DNA from: Curvularia clavata
Taxonomy: Eukaryota
Assembly: GCA_023920165.1 (NCBI GenBank)
Contig: CP089277.1
Span: 1,736,001-1,800,000, forward strand
Length of the DNA: 64,000 nucleotides
Direction: 5' to 3'
In this document: one piece after another, positions 1-13,383 of the stretch
How the letters are laid out: each line of letters begins with the position of its first letter
How positions within the stretch are numbered: position 1 is the stretch's first letter
Made by a program: the position numbers and the translations under genes
The notes under the pieces: generated by a model
What the model was told of the DNA's origin: nothing
Database searches by the model: none
Seen by the model: only the letters and a program-made list of their open reading frames with translations

Positions 1-208
1 TGTCAAGGCGACGATACCTGCGCCTGAGGCTGAGTCCAACCACAGATCTGACGTTACGGAGGCCAAGAATGATACCATCGAGGAGGCAGCCGAGGCCGCT
101 GTCGATCAGAACACTGTTGGCATGAGCTATGCTGCTCCTGCTTTTGCGTAAGTTTATGCCTTCTCACCCTTCCCCTGCCTCTCTCTCACACCTGCCATCC
201 ACCGTCCA

Positions 209-245
<37 letters not shown>

Positions 246-674
246 TGCAAAAACATACTACGCACCACACAACACAAACCCCATGTACATGCATACACAT
301 CATATGTCTTACATCGATACTCATGCAAGCCCCCGCAGCGGCCACGGTCGTTTTCCATCTCGGTCTCAACCTTATTACAGACGTCCAACCCTGGCAGCCG
401 AACTCCGTGGTCCATCGCATACCTACAACGGACAAATCGTTCTTGCCAACAACGACGCTCTTCGTACCCTTACTCCCGAGACGACCGGAGACTCTGTCGT
501 CCAGAACAACCAAGAGGGACCCAACTTGATCGATCTTGTGTAACCGGATGCTTCATGTCAACGGCAGAGGCTAACCTGATCAATATTCTGCAAGTGGATA
601 TCTCGGGTTCCTCGGCCATGACAGAAGAGGACGAAGAATCAAATGCATTTAACTCACTTTTCATATGGGACTGA
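1..674 (+). CDS. 3' end of a hypothetical protein gene (partial, about 2 introns)
   Basis: Open frame from base 2 (VKATIPAPEAE...YAAPAF) to a GTAAGT donor at ~148. Next exon ~330-539 (PRSGHGRF...NLIDL), then a GTAACC...GCTAAC...AAG intron and a last exon VDISGSS...FIWD* ending at 674. No recognisable domain. Confidence 0.5.
208..244. repeat. (CA)n microsatellite inside an intron
   Basis: Run of about 18 AC/CA units, seen directly. Confidence 0.95.
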
Positions 675-912
675 AGTTGCTTGTCGAGGACGAGGCATCA
701 CCGTGTTTCGGAGACAAGGAATTTGAGTATTGCATTATATGGCCTGCTTAATTGATGGACCTAAATGCTAGGGAATAGGAATCTATGGTATTTTGGAGGG
801 AGGGCTTGGCCATGCAGTCTTTGGGTATGGGGGAAAATGTCATGAAATTTCAAATGCGGTTACCCTTTGTGACTCATGCAAATGTTCTCCCGTTTATTCG
901 GAAGAGTATGAG

Positions 913-2175
913 TTAACGCCCACGAACAACAGGCCCATGACCCCTTTCTCCCAACATAGGCTTTCTGAGTATAGGGCCATGCGGTCCTTGGCCATATTCA
1001 TCCGCCTTCTTCTGCGCATCTTCCGATAACTTGAGTCCACCTCCGCCCTCATGTGCTGCATTTGCATCATCATTCTCCTTGTTCTTAGTATCCCACTTCT
1101 TAGCAAAGTCCTGCGCCCCACCACCAATCGCCTTCATCTCCTCATTCTCTTTCCCATCAGCGCTCGCCACATACTTATCCACAACGCTAAGCAAGTCACT
1201 CTCACCCTGTTCCTGCCTCTCCTTCCTCCATAGCTCAAACTCATTCCACCACCACTTGTGCGTCTCACCGTCTTTCCCTAGATATCCCGCTGTACCATCT
1301 GGTTTATTTCGTGCCGCCCACGGCTTGTCTACAATGTAGTGTAGCACAGCGACATGCGAGTCGTCTGTCCAGATGTTCGTATGCCAATACCGCCATGTCT
1401 TGAGGGCATTTGTGCGCCATGAGAGAGGCGACCACCGGCCATCAAACGCTTCGTTTAGGAAATCCTGATCTGGGAATTTCATTGCGCGGAGTTTGGCATT
1501 GCCTAGCTCCTCGAATTTTTGACGTACGAAATCAGCAAGTTTTCTGGATGGGCGATATAGAAAAGTGCCAGAGTTGAAGTTGGAGAGGGTGTATGGCTCA
1601 GGCTTAACTTGGGCCAGTTGGTCCGGCGAGGTCAGAGGCGTCATGGCGCAGTTTTCCTTGGTCCATTCGGGTGGCGCCCAGGTGTCGTGGTCAAGGTTGC
1701 ACACACATGTATGTACGGCCATTGTCCTCATGCCATCGGATCCTGTGAGATACTCGTCGTTTTGCTGGTTGAATACCAGGGGTGAAGGGTCCGAGAAGAT
1801 CATCATATCAGCATCGAGCCAACATAGCCTTTCCCATTTTTGCTCCATGTCCCATAAGTCGAAGACTCGTAGCTTCGTCCATGTGTCAATGAAACGCTCG
1901 GCGACCATGCCATGGGCAGTTCCATCTTCAGGGAGGCGGAGATGCTCAACAGGCTTGAGAACTATATTGGAATGTTTGGCTTCGGCAGCAAAGGCATTAA
2001 CGGATGACTCTGGGAGGGTTTCGGGCGTATAGCATATGATCAATGGTGTAGACGGCGAATGCTTGTTCAATGTATAGGCGAGGAGAATGGCACCAGCAAG
2101 GTAAGATGGCCGCGTGAGAAGGGTCACATAGGCATTCTTAGAAGGGGCGCGGTTATGTTTGGTTTCCTCCGCCAT
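913..2175 (-). CDS. Glycosyltransferase family 8 protein (glycogenin/galactinol-synthase-like), intronless
   Basis: Motifs AYVTLL..YLAGA, WTKL..F, DxD (WLDADM), FNSG.FLY.PS, FPDQDFLN, HYI..KPW. Likely start is MAEETK at 2175; the ORF-track start at 2370 is a GTG. Confidence 0.85.
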   Translation of the reverse strand: MAEETKHNRAPSKNAYVTLLTRPSYLAGAILLAYTLNKHSPSTPLIICYTPETLPESSVNAFAAEAKHSNIVLKPVEHLRLPEDGTAHGMVAERFIDTWTKLRVFDLWDMEQKWERLCWLDADMMIFSDPSPLVFNQQNDEYLTGSDGMRTMAVHTCVCNLDHDTWAPPEWTKENCAMTPLTSPDQLAQVKPEPYTLSNFNSGTFLYRPSRKLADFVRQKFEELGNAKLRAMKFPDQDFLNEAFDGRWSPLSWRTNALKTWRYWHTNIWTDDSHVAVLHYIVDKPWAARNKPDGTAGYLGKDGETHKWWWNEFELWRKERQEQGESDLLSVVDKYVASADGKENEEMKAIGGGAQDFAKKWDTKNKENDDANAAHEGGGGLKLSEDAQKKADEYGQGPHGPILRKPMLGERGHGPVVRGR

Positions 2176-2313
2176 CTTGAAGAGCGGTACCTTGCAGGAG
2201 TTTGACAAGGCTTTTGAAGTACCTGCAATTGGGCGATGAGAAAGCCCAAGCAGAGAGCGAAGTCCAGGTGCATGTAACCACAGCTCGCTTGTCCCACTAG
2301 AGAACATTGACGC

Positions 2314-2321
2314 TGACGTCA
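2314..2321. promoter_or_regulatory. Palindromic ATF/CRE site TGACGTCA upstream of the GT8 gene
   Basis: Perfect TGACGTCA about 140 bp upstream of the ATG. Function is inferred only. Confidence 0.4.
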
Positions 2322-2521
2322 CGACTCCTGTTCCGAGAGCCGAAATGAGTGACACTCTTGGTCGGAACACAGCACTACCTACAATGCATTGATGGGAAAT
2401 AGTCGATTAGTAAGTGTGTTCGGATACGGAGAAGGATGTAAACATGTTCTACTGTGATTCAAATTACGGGTATCTCGGAAATCCTACTTCGGCCATCGCC
2501 ATATCTATCGTACACGCCCTA

Positions 2522-4232
2522 TCAGTACTGCTGTCCGTCCTCCTTAGCAAGCGCCTTGCCCCAAGCGTTTTCAAAGGGGTCGTCGGATTTTTCGCTACTC
2601 TGATTGACCGCGTCATTCTGGGCTGGTGTCGACTTTGACAGCTCCTCTTGCGCTGGAGCAGGCTGGTTAAGAATCGCTGTCTCTGGGCTCTCATATTCAA
2701 AGTTGCTCGAGTACACCACGGCTGCAAATGCCTCGAGACCGCGTACAGCCTCAACGGCAGCCAGGTACTCGTTGTTCGCCCCGCTGCCAATGCTGTGTGC
2801 CTGTCGACAGAAGACGGCGAGACTGTTGGCAACCTTGGCCTTGATATCACTGCCCACAATCTCTTGTACGCGAGCATGGCTTTCGGAAACGGGTGGAATC
2901 TTGTACAAGAGTTGAGAAATCTTGTCGTCGACCAGATGAGAAAAGGCGGCGTCGAGGAGTTGAGTAAGGACGCGGGAGAAGGCAGGCGAGTCGATCAGAT
3001 CCGAAGTCTCATCGATCAAACGACGAAGGGAAGTGGTTGTGTTGGGTGAAGTAGACTCAGAGGATGAAGTCATGCCTGATTCGCGCAGAACGTAGTCCTC
3101 CTGGTCTTGAGGCGGGAGGAGAAAGGGGAGCCATTTGCAATTCCTGTTAGAGGTTAATAGGGGTTGTGCATACAAGACACGGGTAGCATACCTTCGTTCC
3201 TCCTCAGTGGCGCCTTCAACTCTCTTGCGAACCTCCAGGGTAAGTTCTGAAAGTTTCTCGAGGGTGATTTCTTCTCTAGGATTAAGGAGGCCAAAGACTT
3301 CCTGCACTGCAGTCCTCACTTTTTCGATCAAATCCAAGCAACCCTTGTGAAGTAGCCACCAGCTCAGGCTGAGATACCTCCGGTTCGTCTCAAAATCATT
3401 GCCATAAGCCTGGTCGAAGTTATCGTCGTCGTGGTTCTCGAGGTTGATGCGCGATCCCTCGGTGGCTGATTGCGGTGCAGCCAATGAGACGACCGAGGCA
3501 AGATAATTGCGGCGGCCAAGAAGGTTCAGTTGGATTCGGGTAAGGAGGGTGAGGAGACAGAGAGTGTAGAGGAGGGTGAAGGCTCGTGTTATCGCTAGTC
3601 AGATTAGCAACTGCATCATGTCCACGTCGCAACAACAGCACATACAGCTAATCTTCATCTCGTTCCACAGCTGTGCCTTGGTCTTCTTGGGCTTTTTCTC
3701 GTCACTGGCCTCTGAGGCACCATCAACCGGGCCGACGCCACTTTCGCCCTCTGTGTTTATCTGGCTGGCATGGATAAAGCTGTCTGTCTGGAGACTGGAG
3801 CTCTTGGCATCATCTTCGGTCGTGTCTGCAACGCTGGGAGGTGCTGAGCTTGCAATCTCGCTAGGTCCGACGCTTCTTGCCAATCGCTCTGCCTTTTGCT
3901 TCTGCAGTTCTTCCAAGACTTGCTCGACGGGAATGGCCTCGAGTATGTTGTCGGTTGCGGTAGGAAGGATGGCGAGGACGGTAAAGGTGCAGTCTTCCTG
4001 ATTCTGCTCGAAGCGACGGCGCAGGCTGTAACGCGATTAGCAGCTTGTACGTGTGTTATGATGCGATTGCGCACTTCTCCTTTGCGATGCGGTCATCGCT
4101 CATGCGCTGTCTCGCCTCCCCGAGCTTCCCCAGTATGTACTGCCCCGCCAAGTAGCCCGCTCCGAGCACTCCAGCGCCGATGGCGAAGTTTGTGCGGTTG
4201 CGCTTGAACCAGCGACGCGTACCTTGTATCAT
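2522..4232 (-). CDS. PEX3: Peroxin Pex3 (3 introns)
   Basis: N-terminus MIQGTRRWFKRNRTNFAIGAGVLGAGYLAGQY, then ENLRRRFEQNQEDCTFTVLAILP, LWNEMKI, YLSLSWWLLHKG and LRRLIDETSDLIDSPAF, all typical of fungal Pex3. Confidence 0.95.
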
Positions 4233-5962
4233 GATGAGGGTTGGAGAGGGCGATGCCGCCCGCGTGTCTTTGGGGGTGGATCAGGCGTCGCGTGTGGGGA
4301 AGGGCCGGAAGTGACTTTGGATAACGCAGGGCCGAACACGATATCCGCGGCTGGCGGCAGCAGTTACTGGTAGCAACAGTGATAAGTGCAAAATCAAATA
4401 ATCTGCAGTGGACAGAAAATAGGAACGATCTGATTCAATAGCCGAGCCTAGACATACAGTGCAATAAAGTGTACGTGAGGTTGGTGTTGTTTTGTAGCAA
4501 CTGCACTGCATCTCCACGCGGTGACTTTGGGCCGAGGTTCATTGCCTGTTCGGGCCAGTGTTCCCAGCACGCCGCGTTCGCTTGCCACCATCGTCTTTAT
4601 TGGCGTAGACATGTGGTCGCTACTCAACAATCCGTTACCGGTCTTATCTGCCGAGAGACTCTGAAACAAGTACATTCTGCATCAAACAGGAGACTATTTG
4701 CAAACCGATTCTAAAGAACGTCTCTCTCAACCAACTCCCAGCTAAAGTGCAATCGTGACCATGTGCCTGACGCAATCTTTCCCGCCCAGTAACGAATGTG
4801 TTTGTCAAACCAACATGAACATCCAGTCTTCATATCACATGTCGGATCAACGATCCCAAAGATCAATACAACATCTCGTTCTTGGCGGTCATGTTGCGGT
4901 ACTGACCTGCGCTCGGATGGGAGCGCTCCTCTCTGTAGTCGCAGTGACTAAGATGGTAGCTTCAGCCGCCGCCAAAAGTTGTCGATTTCAAGTGTCGGTT
5001 GGGGATGGTGTTCTGTACCAAAACACGTTAGGACTTTGTATATTTCGTAATGTTTGGGTCGCTTTTTGCAACGAAACATAGACCACCGGATTGGTCCACG
5101 TCGATAGAAAGAGAAGCAAAGGAAAGAACGGAAAAATGGAATGCTAGTCCATCCAGCAAGGAAATCCAACACGGTCCAAATAGATATGGCCTGTAAATCT
5201 TAACCGAAACATGTCGCCGACCGACTGGAGGTGCTCGACTGCTATGCTTTAGTAGTGTTAGATGCTACTAACGGCAGTAGCAGTCGACCCGATACAGAAA
5301 AGAAAATACTTCGAATAAGAGGTTCAAGGCGTGGATGTGAAACACCGAAAAGTTAACGGGGAAATTAGTAGGAGATTTCGTGCGGTATAGAGAAGGGTTC
5401 ATTCATCGGACTTGCAATCTCCTTAGCACTACCAACGTACCCTTGATATGATAAATAGCACTGGCTAGGCCAGGTGGGTGAGAGTAATCACTCACTCAGT
5501 TGACGACGCGGAGCCACCTTTGCAAATGGCGCTTTGGTCTTGTATCTGTATTTTCGGTGTCCATGGCTGCTATGTGCAAATGATAGCAACAGTGGTTCGC
5601 ATTACCTTGTTGGTGTCCTGAAAGATCCTAGTAACTAGGATAAAAAAACGTGCAACATCTTCTGCTAGTGCAGCGTACAAAAGGTGTACGAGAGAACACT
5701 AACAGAAAAAGTGACAAAAAGAATGGAAAGCTTTCCCAGGGTATTCCTGGGTGATGGTCGAGGATTTTCTCAATCCGTGAGTTGGCATGACCAATCCGCG
5801 TTAAGGCCCAGAACAAACCTACACGTTACGGCCTGATGTGATTCCAGTGGCATGGAAGATACTCATGGGGGAAGATTGCTAACTTGAAACAATTCCCACA
5901 CGTCGAGTTGTCCTGGGTCAGCGGAGCTTTGTTCAACCTGTGTGAGTTCCATCGGCATAGTA

Positions 5963-7137
5963 TCACTGGAATTGGTTCCATATGTCCGTGGAAAAGTTTC
6001 CGGGGTCCATGTTACCAGGCGGGAAAATGCCTTGGGTCAAGAATGAAGGAGATGTTGCATCTGCTTCAGTGAAGTTAAACTGATGGGAGTAATCCATATC
6101 TTGGAATTGAGTGTCGACGCTGTTCCTCTGGGATCCAGATACAGGATTTGTAGATACACTGTACGAAGCCGAACTGGCTGAAACAGGTACGTACCCAAAC
6201 GAATCTGACTGTGCACCCATTTGCATGTCTTGGTCGCATTGCGAACTTTCCGTCACAGTTACTGGTGTTTCCGTAGATGAATTCTGGAAAGAGGTGCCAT
6301 GATCTTTTAATAACTCTTGCGAGGGCTCTGCGGCTGTAATCTGGTATTTGCGCTCGCCCGTATCATCGGAGTGGAATGTCCTCGCGCCAGAAACGGATCG
6401 ACTTTCTCTGGATCACGGAATGAGAAATTTTCAGCAGCAATCGAGATGACTGACCTTCTTGATATGCTAGTGGGAGCTTGGGACTTTCTGAATTTATCAG
6501 TTGCGCCGCCAACATGGGTGCACTATATCGTGTCAGCGTTGCGCACTGAAAGCTTGTTCTCGAGGAAGCCAGGGCTGTCTACCTTGGCTTTTTGACGCTT
6601 GCAACTATCGCAAGCACCAACCCTTCTCATCTGCTTATAAGCAATCTTTTCTGTTGCGGTCATTTTCTTCCTCTTCCGCCGCTGCACTATAGGTCCCTCT
6701 ACAACACTAAAAACAAATTCCTGTCCTGACATCGTGCTCGACATCGAAGGAGGCTGTTTCAAGAGCGTTGCATTTGGAGCAATTCTGCCTTGGTAGCACT
6801 CATTCGTGATAGCTGGCAATGGACGTTGGGTAGTTGGGGAGCAAGGTGGTGAGATGCTGCTCAGATTTTTACCGTCAAAGAATTCTGCATCAGGCGTTGA
6901 GGCAGGAGAATGCACTTCAGTTGCTAGAGCTGCTTCCTTCTCCTGCATTTCTCGAAGTTCCTGCTGTAAAAATTCAATCGCAGCCATGTGCTTTCTTTCC
7001 CGCAGATTTGCACCTTGCGGGTATCGCCTCTTCAGGCTTTCGAGCATAGCATCAGAATAAACACGCTGTCGGAAAACCATGCCTGACCATGGTGGCTTGT
7101 CATCGCTCGTTGGATGCTCTCGATCGATGAGATCCAT
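5963..7137 (-). CDS. Hypothetical protein with a basic region and a C-x2-C-x6-C-x-H (half Zn2Cys6-like) motif; putative transcription factor
   Basis: Three exons join in frame through introns 6523-6582 and 6408-6454, giving RRKRKK...MRRVGACDSCKRQKAK|CTH followed by an S/Q/D-rich tail that matches ORF 5963-6256. The 5' end is uncertain. Confidence 0.65.
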
Positions 7138-9129
7138 TACTGGAGGGTTACCTAGGCTGACTGTTAAACTCAGTGGTAGTCATGCTGGGTATTTTGAAGC
7201 CCATACTGAGTTGTGTAGCCTACTCCTTCGGTCTCTTTCTGGTTGCTGCGCTCAATATCAGTACATAAACAGCGCCTAGGAGTAAACAAGCTCAAACGGT
7301 CACCCTCTCAGGTTCGCTGATGCGAGCAATCATAGCAGGGAACTTGAACTCACATACGTAACAAATCAGCGCTGACAAAAATGCATAGGGTGGCAGTTCG
7401 TAAGTTTGGAAGGCAGAATGGTAAGTGAGGAGATGACCAGTGTGCCCAGGTGAACAGGATGAACCCTGTGAGGTATTTGTCAGGTGTTCCGAAGAGGCAT
7501 GCATGCATACACGGTATCCCTTTTGGGTCAAGCGGAGCTGAGATGAGATGAAGCGGCGTCCGTATCAAGGCGAACGAGCGTTCCCCGAGCGGATCTTGAG
7601 TGACTTCATTGCGCTGCCTAATTGCACTTACGCCTGATTCGTCCAGAGAACGCCACAGTATAAGAGGGCTAACCGGGCGTCTCGCAGTGTCGAAATACAA
7701 GGCGTAGCAACACCGGAGGACTAGCTCGCTTGTGGATTTGAACGCTTTCTATTGGCTTCTGCAGTTTCAGCCTACTGTTATGTTGGGCAGCTATGCAGGA
7801 CCTATATAACCAACCCTGGAGAGATGTCGTATGTCAGTGGTGTGCTAAGTGAATACAGAGGTGTTGCTGTCACTGCAGTGCGATGCATGATAGACTGGGG
7901 ATGCTGCTGAGGCTGCCACGCGTCACCATAGCATAAGCTCTTTCTTGCGGTTGTTGGCCGGGGATCCGGAAGGCTAACAAGAGACATTCACACAAACGAG
8001 GCGCAAGCCCGAAAACTGCATCGACGATGTTCAGGCGCACGCTCGAAAGTTGGCAGTCACTGATTGATGGGTGTAGTCCGAATTGATTTAGCGCCAAGTG
8101 GACGGGAAGTTACATTCGGTCAGAGGCCCAGATAACTTTAATCGTTACACGGAGTTTTCAGCTCCCCCAAAAAGCTTCTTGGTTGGCCTAGGAAGAAAGT
8201 CGCAGCTCATTAGGTAGTAAGCGCTAGGTGATAGAGACACTGCCATCTCCAAGGATGGGAAAATGGATATTGCTCAGCCTTGTTCTTGAACGTCATTCTA
8301 TGATCGAGGGCATCAGAGATGGTCCAGAGCACACCTCATCCGATTAGACCATTTACCGCTAACAAACTCCCTTCCATTGGATCGCTCTTCGATTCGCCTT
8401 TCCTCTAGTGTGCATCTCCAAGTCATGTATTTTGCAAGTGTGTAATTCAAGAGCTGTGTTTCCTGCAACAACTATAACTGTGCAAGAAAAATACCTTCGT
8501 ACGCACAAAGAGTAGTCCTTGCGTATGTAATGATTTCAGAGAGCCGGCGGCATGTTGAATGTAATATGTTTGAGATCTAGCCTAGCCCGACTTGAGAAAT
8601 TGACCGCAGTTATACAATGGGTATATACAACGACATGCCCAATGATATTGCAAACCAAACGCCAGTTGTACAACAGAGAATTCTATATCTAAATCATCTG
8701 CAACCAATCAAAGGTGTCGGCTCCAAATACTAGGTTGTATTGCTTTCGGGTTCGAGTAATCTCAAAGATGTATGGGGATGAAATGATTGATTGTTGGTAA
8801 AGGGCAGGACGCTTTCTAATACGTGATATCGTAGCTTACAAGCAGCCTTGTCAAACTCCTTTGCTAAGAAAAGTAATCTATTACCCAATCCGCCGCCTCG
8901 TGGACAGGTGATCATGGAACGTAAGGACTCTAGCCTCTTCTCTATGCCAAACCCTTTGTGAACACTGTCCGTATCCGTGTACATACTGCGATTCCAAGCC
9001 GCGACAGCCCCAAGCTCCGAAAAGTCCATTCTGTTTGGCCTCCGCACAGCAGAGGGTATCTCCTGAACTAGTTCGGGTTGGCACTGATCTGGTCATGCGA
9101 CTGTCAGAAGTGCTATGACTACGGCTGGT

Positions 9130-9946
9130 TTACGAAGCGTGGGGCTTGCCAGCGGAGTCGACCTTGGCACGGAGGTCGGCGGCAGTAGAGCCACTGTGGG
9201 AAAAGTAGCGGGAGAAAACGGGTTGGATGAATGAGCGGAATACCAGCTGAGCACCACTGTGGCATGTTAGCAAGCTTCCCAGTGTCTTACTGAGAGAACG
9301 TACGCAGTCTGGGGCAGGGCCATCCACAGGACCAGGACAAACTTAAAGGTGTAGTAGAAGGCTGTTCAAAGTCAGTTGCGGACCGCAAAAGCTCAGTCCA
9401 ATGTACTTACGGAACCAGTAGCTGGCGCTAACGGCGCTCTCAAACACGGTCAAAAACGCGAATGTTACCCAGTACTGTATGGCCAGGTTAGTTGTGTCCA
9501 TGCTATCACGTGTGTTGTGGGGAAGCGGTTTCCACCCAGCATGGCGGGGTACATACTGTCAGCCACTGAGTGTCGTCAACCTTGCTTGCAGAAAAGAGGG
9601 CATCCAGAGAGTAGTAGCCGGGAATGATGAATCCGGCGACGTTGACAAGGAACTCTCCCGCAATGTTGAAGAAGATGAGGAAGAAGTAGAGGCCGGCAAG
9701 ACCGAGGACCATGTAGACCTTGGGGACAGATGTTTGCTTCTCAAAGTTGTTGAGAGCGGGGTATTTGGACAGCTGGAAGACAGTACTATTAGCATGGATG
9801 ACTTTCGGTTTCGCATGGCACAACTGGGCGTGAAATCCAGACGAAGATATTGTATTTTGGCAACGTGCCACCCGGCTGAACCGGCGGGGTCTTACCTCCT
9901 TGTCGAGCTGTGACAACTGGGCCTGGGCTCTATCCTGGACAGACAT
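9130..9946 (-). CDS. YOP1: Yop1/DP1 (TB2/HVA22 family) ER-shaping protein (4 introns)
   Basis: MSVQDRAQAQLSQLDKE|LSKYPALNNFEKQTSVPKVY, PGYYSLDAL, DDTQWLT|YWV, PFYYTFKFVLVLWMALPQT|GAQLVFRSFIQP. Confidence 0.95.
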
Positions 9947-10761
9947 TGTGAAAGGTTGTTAGATGTTGAGCGTGATTTCTGTAGTCTCTGGTGAAGGGAG
10001 CTAGAGATGCAGTGGGCACAGTCGTTCGGTCGTGGACGAGCTGGAAGGTGTTGTTTGGAAGTGAGGAGCGGGAACGTGGAGCGGGAACGATTGTGGGATG
10101 GATGAAGTGGGCTCGTCATCGCTAAATACGTCACCGCCTTTCACAAGCCAGCCAAATATCAGCATTTTGACCCGCTTAGAACGCATCGCGTGCGTGCATC
10201 CTGTGCTGCAATGCGGCTAGACTCTGTGTAAACGGCGTGAAGCCTGGAGCGAACGGCATTGTCCATTTTTTGGGCGACGAGGTGATGGTAAGATTGCACG
10301 GAATGATGACGATGGTCATGTGATGCCGCTGGCCCATGCACGCCGACCTTCCGTTGCTGCAGGTGCGACCGAGTTCAGACAAAAGCGTAAACATCCAAAA
10401 CTCCATCCCACAACAAACCCGTCCGAGGGGACCCGACAGCGCCGACGACGCCTTTTGGAGCTGGACATTCTTCTTGGAGCATCCCCTTCGCGTCTTGGAC
10501 ATCTTACCCATCAGATCAGCGTATCGGCCAGCTCCCTGGACCGAAAACAAACAAGCCCAGCAGCATCGAAACACATCCACAACTCGACCTACACGTCTAG
10601 AGCATCCATCTATAGCTTCGACGCGCCCTCTGTATACCTCTTTCGGCTAATCTGTCATTCCATTCACCCATTCGACCGTGTCATCGCCCCCTTAACGCCG
10701 TTGCCGTCTCATTGTTTTGGTGTAAACAGACGAGTCACCAGCCTCTCCTGGCACCCATACC

Positions 10762-13383
10762 ATGACCGATATCCGCCGGTCACGATCAAACACTTCAATG
10801 TCTGCCCGGAGCAATCGCCCGCCTTCTCGCGCATCAACGACGAGCGTTCATTCGTTCGAACAGTTTCAACAGCCACAGCAATCTCGAGCCAACCAGTTCC
10901 CTCAGCAGCCACAGTATCATGCACCATTCACAACAGGTGAAGCCTTGCAGCCTGCACTCATCCAGGCTGCGCAGCAGGTCAGCGCGCAGGACCATCTCAT
11001 CAACATGAGTCTGGAAAGCGTTCAGCAGTACCTCGGTTACCCGGCCGACTCGACCGCGAATCAGCCTCAACCAAATGGGCAGCCGGCGCAAACAGATCAC
11101 CACGCCTACCACAACCCAATCCCGCAACATGCGCAACACTCGCAGCACTCCCAACATTCGCAGCAACACAGTTTTATGGCTCCATCGCTGGACAATGAAG
11201 ACAAGAAGAAACGGGCTTCTACCTCTGGAGCGGCAACCAACGACAAGGAGTTGCGCCAGTTACTGAACCAGAACGAAGGCCGTGACCTGAAGGACGTTGC
11301 GGCAGAAGTTATACAAAATGATAGGACATCCAAATCAGAGAAGTCGAAGCAACTGTTCGCCATGCTGTGGTAAGTGGCACGATGGACCGAAACTTCAGGA
11401 ATGCTAAAAATGGACAGGTTGCAATCAGTTTGCCGCGTTGCAAAGACGTCGGTCCCTCGTAACCGCGTCTATTCCAAGTACGCAGAGCGTTGTGGTACCG
11501 ATCGCGTTATTCCCCTTAACCCGGCCTCATTTGGAAAGCTTGTTCGTGTCATCTTTCCTGGTATCCAAACTAGGCGCCTTGGTGTCCGTGGAGAATCCAA
11601 GTATCATTATGTTGACCTGGAACTCATCAATGATGGTGGTGATGGTGACGAAGCGCGTCGACCTAGCACTGGTGCTGCGGCGCACCATGCTATGAAGCGT
11701 CAAGCTTCTGGAACACCGAGGCTCAACCTCGAGTATGTCCCTCATTCATGACCTGTTGAATTAGATACGCTAACAATGTCTAGTGCTATCCCACGCCTGC
11801 CTGCAGACAGCACACAGTTTCCACCTCGGGAACCAAGAGCAGAGTCGCAAAATACTTTTTATACTCCAACTGCATCACGTGGTGTGCTCTTCACTGATAT
11901 CTATTCGCCGAATTTCCAGCCCGCGCAATCTCGTACAAAATTCTCATACGAACACGAGCTCAAATTCCCGACATCGGACATTCTTGAGGCCCCAGATGCA
12001 TTTGTCGTCGAATTGCCGGATATCAAACCGTATCTCCCACCACGCACCGACCCCGACTCAGCCGATAACTTAGTCGCCATGTATCGCTCGCATGTTGTCT
12101 CCCTAGTGGATTCCGTACGCTACTGCAAGGAGAAGCAATTCTTTCGCCTGTTTGGTACATTTCATGGTACCTTGACTGTGCCAGTGCAGAAGCTGTTCGC
12201 AACGCCAGAGCTAGCACCGTGGATTAGAGAGTGTGACTGGATGATGTATCAAAAGATGATTCGGAACGTCTCTCAACTGACCCTCCAGGTAGCGCCGCCG
12301 CCAGTTCTGAAGTTTCTGGACAATGTTGCAAAGACACTCCACGCACACATTGCTGCCAAATTCGCGTCTTTGCCTGTACATGTCCTTGAGGCAAAGCTAG
12401 AACCCGCCACGCTGTTCGCTCATCTTCTGCGACAGATGCTTCGCGTCAACTCAGCAGCCCACGCAGCAGCTGTCATGCTCACAGCGGAGAGCCATCGAAC
12501 CCACATGTTCGCTGATTGGCTACAGTATGTGAATATCAAGCGCATCATTGCGAACGAGCTTCCCGCCTCATGCGCACATGAGGAAGTGTACAACATCCTC
12601 ACAACCGAGATCCGGTCCATGCTAGGTCCACTGCCACAGGATATTCAGTTGCCCTCTGGAACGATACATCGAGCACCATATCCTGACCCGCCCGCTGACC
12701 CATCAGAGTCGGTTATCGATCGCATCGCAGCATTCCTAACTCGACTGCCCTCACGCTTCCCTGGTGCACATGCGCGCACCATTATGCATTGCATCAGTGC
12801 GCTTGGGTCTGCCGCCCTACGAGAAATTACAGTAGAGAACGGCATCAGCTTCCAAGGGTGGTGGCTCACCAAGGTGTTCGTAGATGAGATGGCACAATGG
12901 CTGGCATCCATAGGAGGCTTCCTGGGTCACTCGGCACCGGACTGGAATGCTTCGAACTACTCTCCTGTCATGGGCGACTCTCTCAATGCTGGCATGACCA
13001 ACGGTGGGAGTGGCAGTAACCACGACAGCCGTTACAGTAGTCTCGAAGCCGACTTTGGCCCCGACCAGTCGTTCATGTCAACTACTAGCCACGTGACAAT
13101 TCAGGATGCTGGATCTAACCAAGAAGGTGAGTACCTCCACTCCCAATAGGAACCTACATGATGGTTGACTAACGGAAGATCATCAGTCAATGCTGGACGC
13201 TTTACTCAACAGTCATCACAGTATAACATGAGCTTTTCATACGATTATAATTTGAACCCATCACAACAAGAGTCAAACCACGACGATAGCGGGATAGGCC
13301 TTGGCCTAGGTGGTCAGGAAGACGGCATTGACGCCAAATTTGCGTCCCACCTATCTTCAGCTCTTTCACAGGGCGTCAGCTAG
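10762..13383 (+). CDS. RFX1: RFX winged-helix transcription factor (Rfx1/Sak1/CPCR1-like, 3 introns)
   Basis: RFX DNA-binding domain KQLFAMLW|L...SVPRNRVYSKY...PLNPASFGKLVRVIFPGIQTRRLGVRGESKYHY, followed by the conserved region WIRECDWMMYQKM. Confidence 0.92.
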
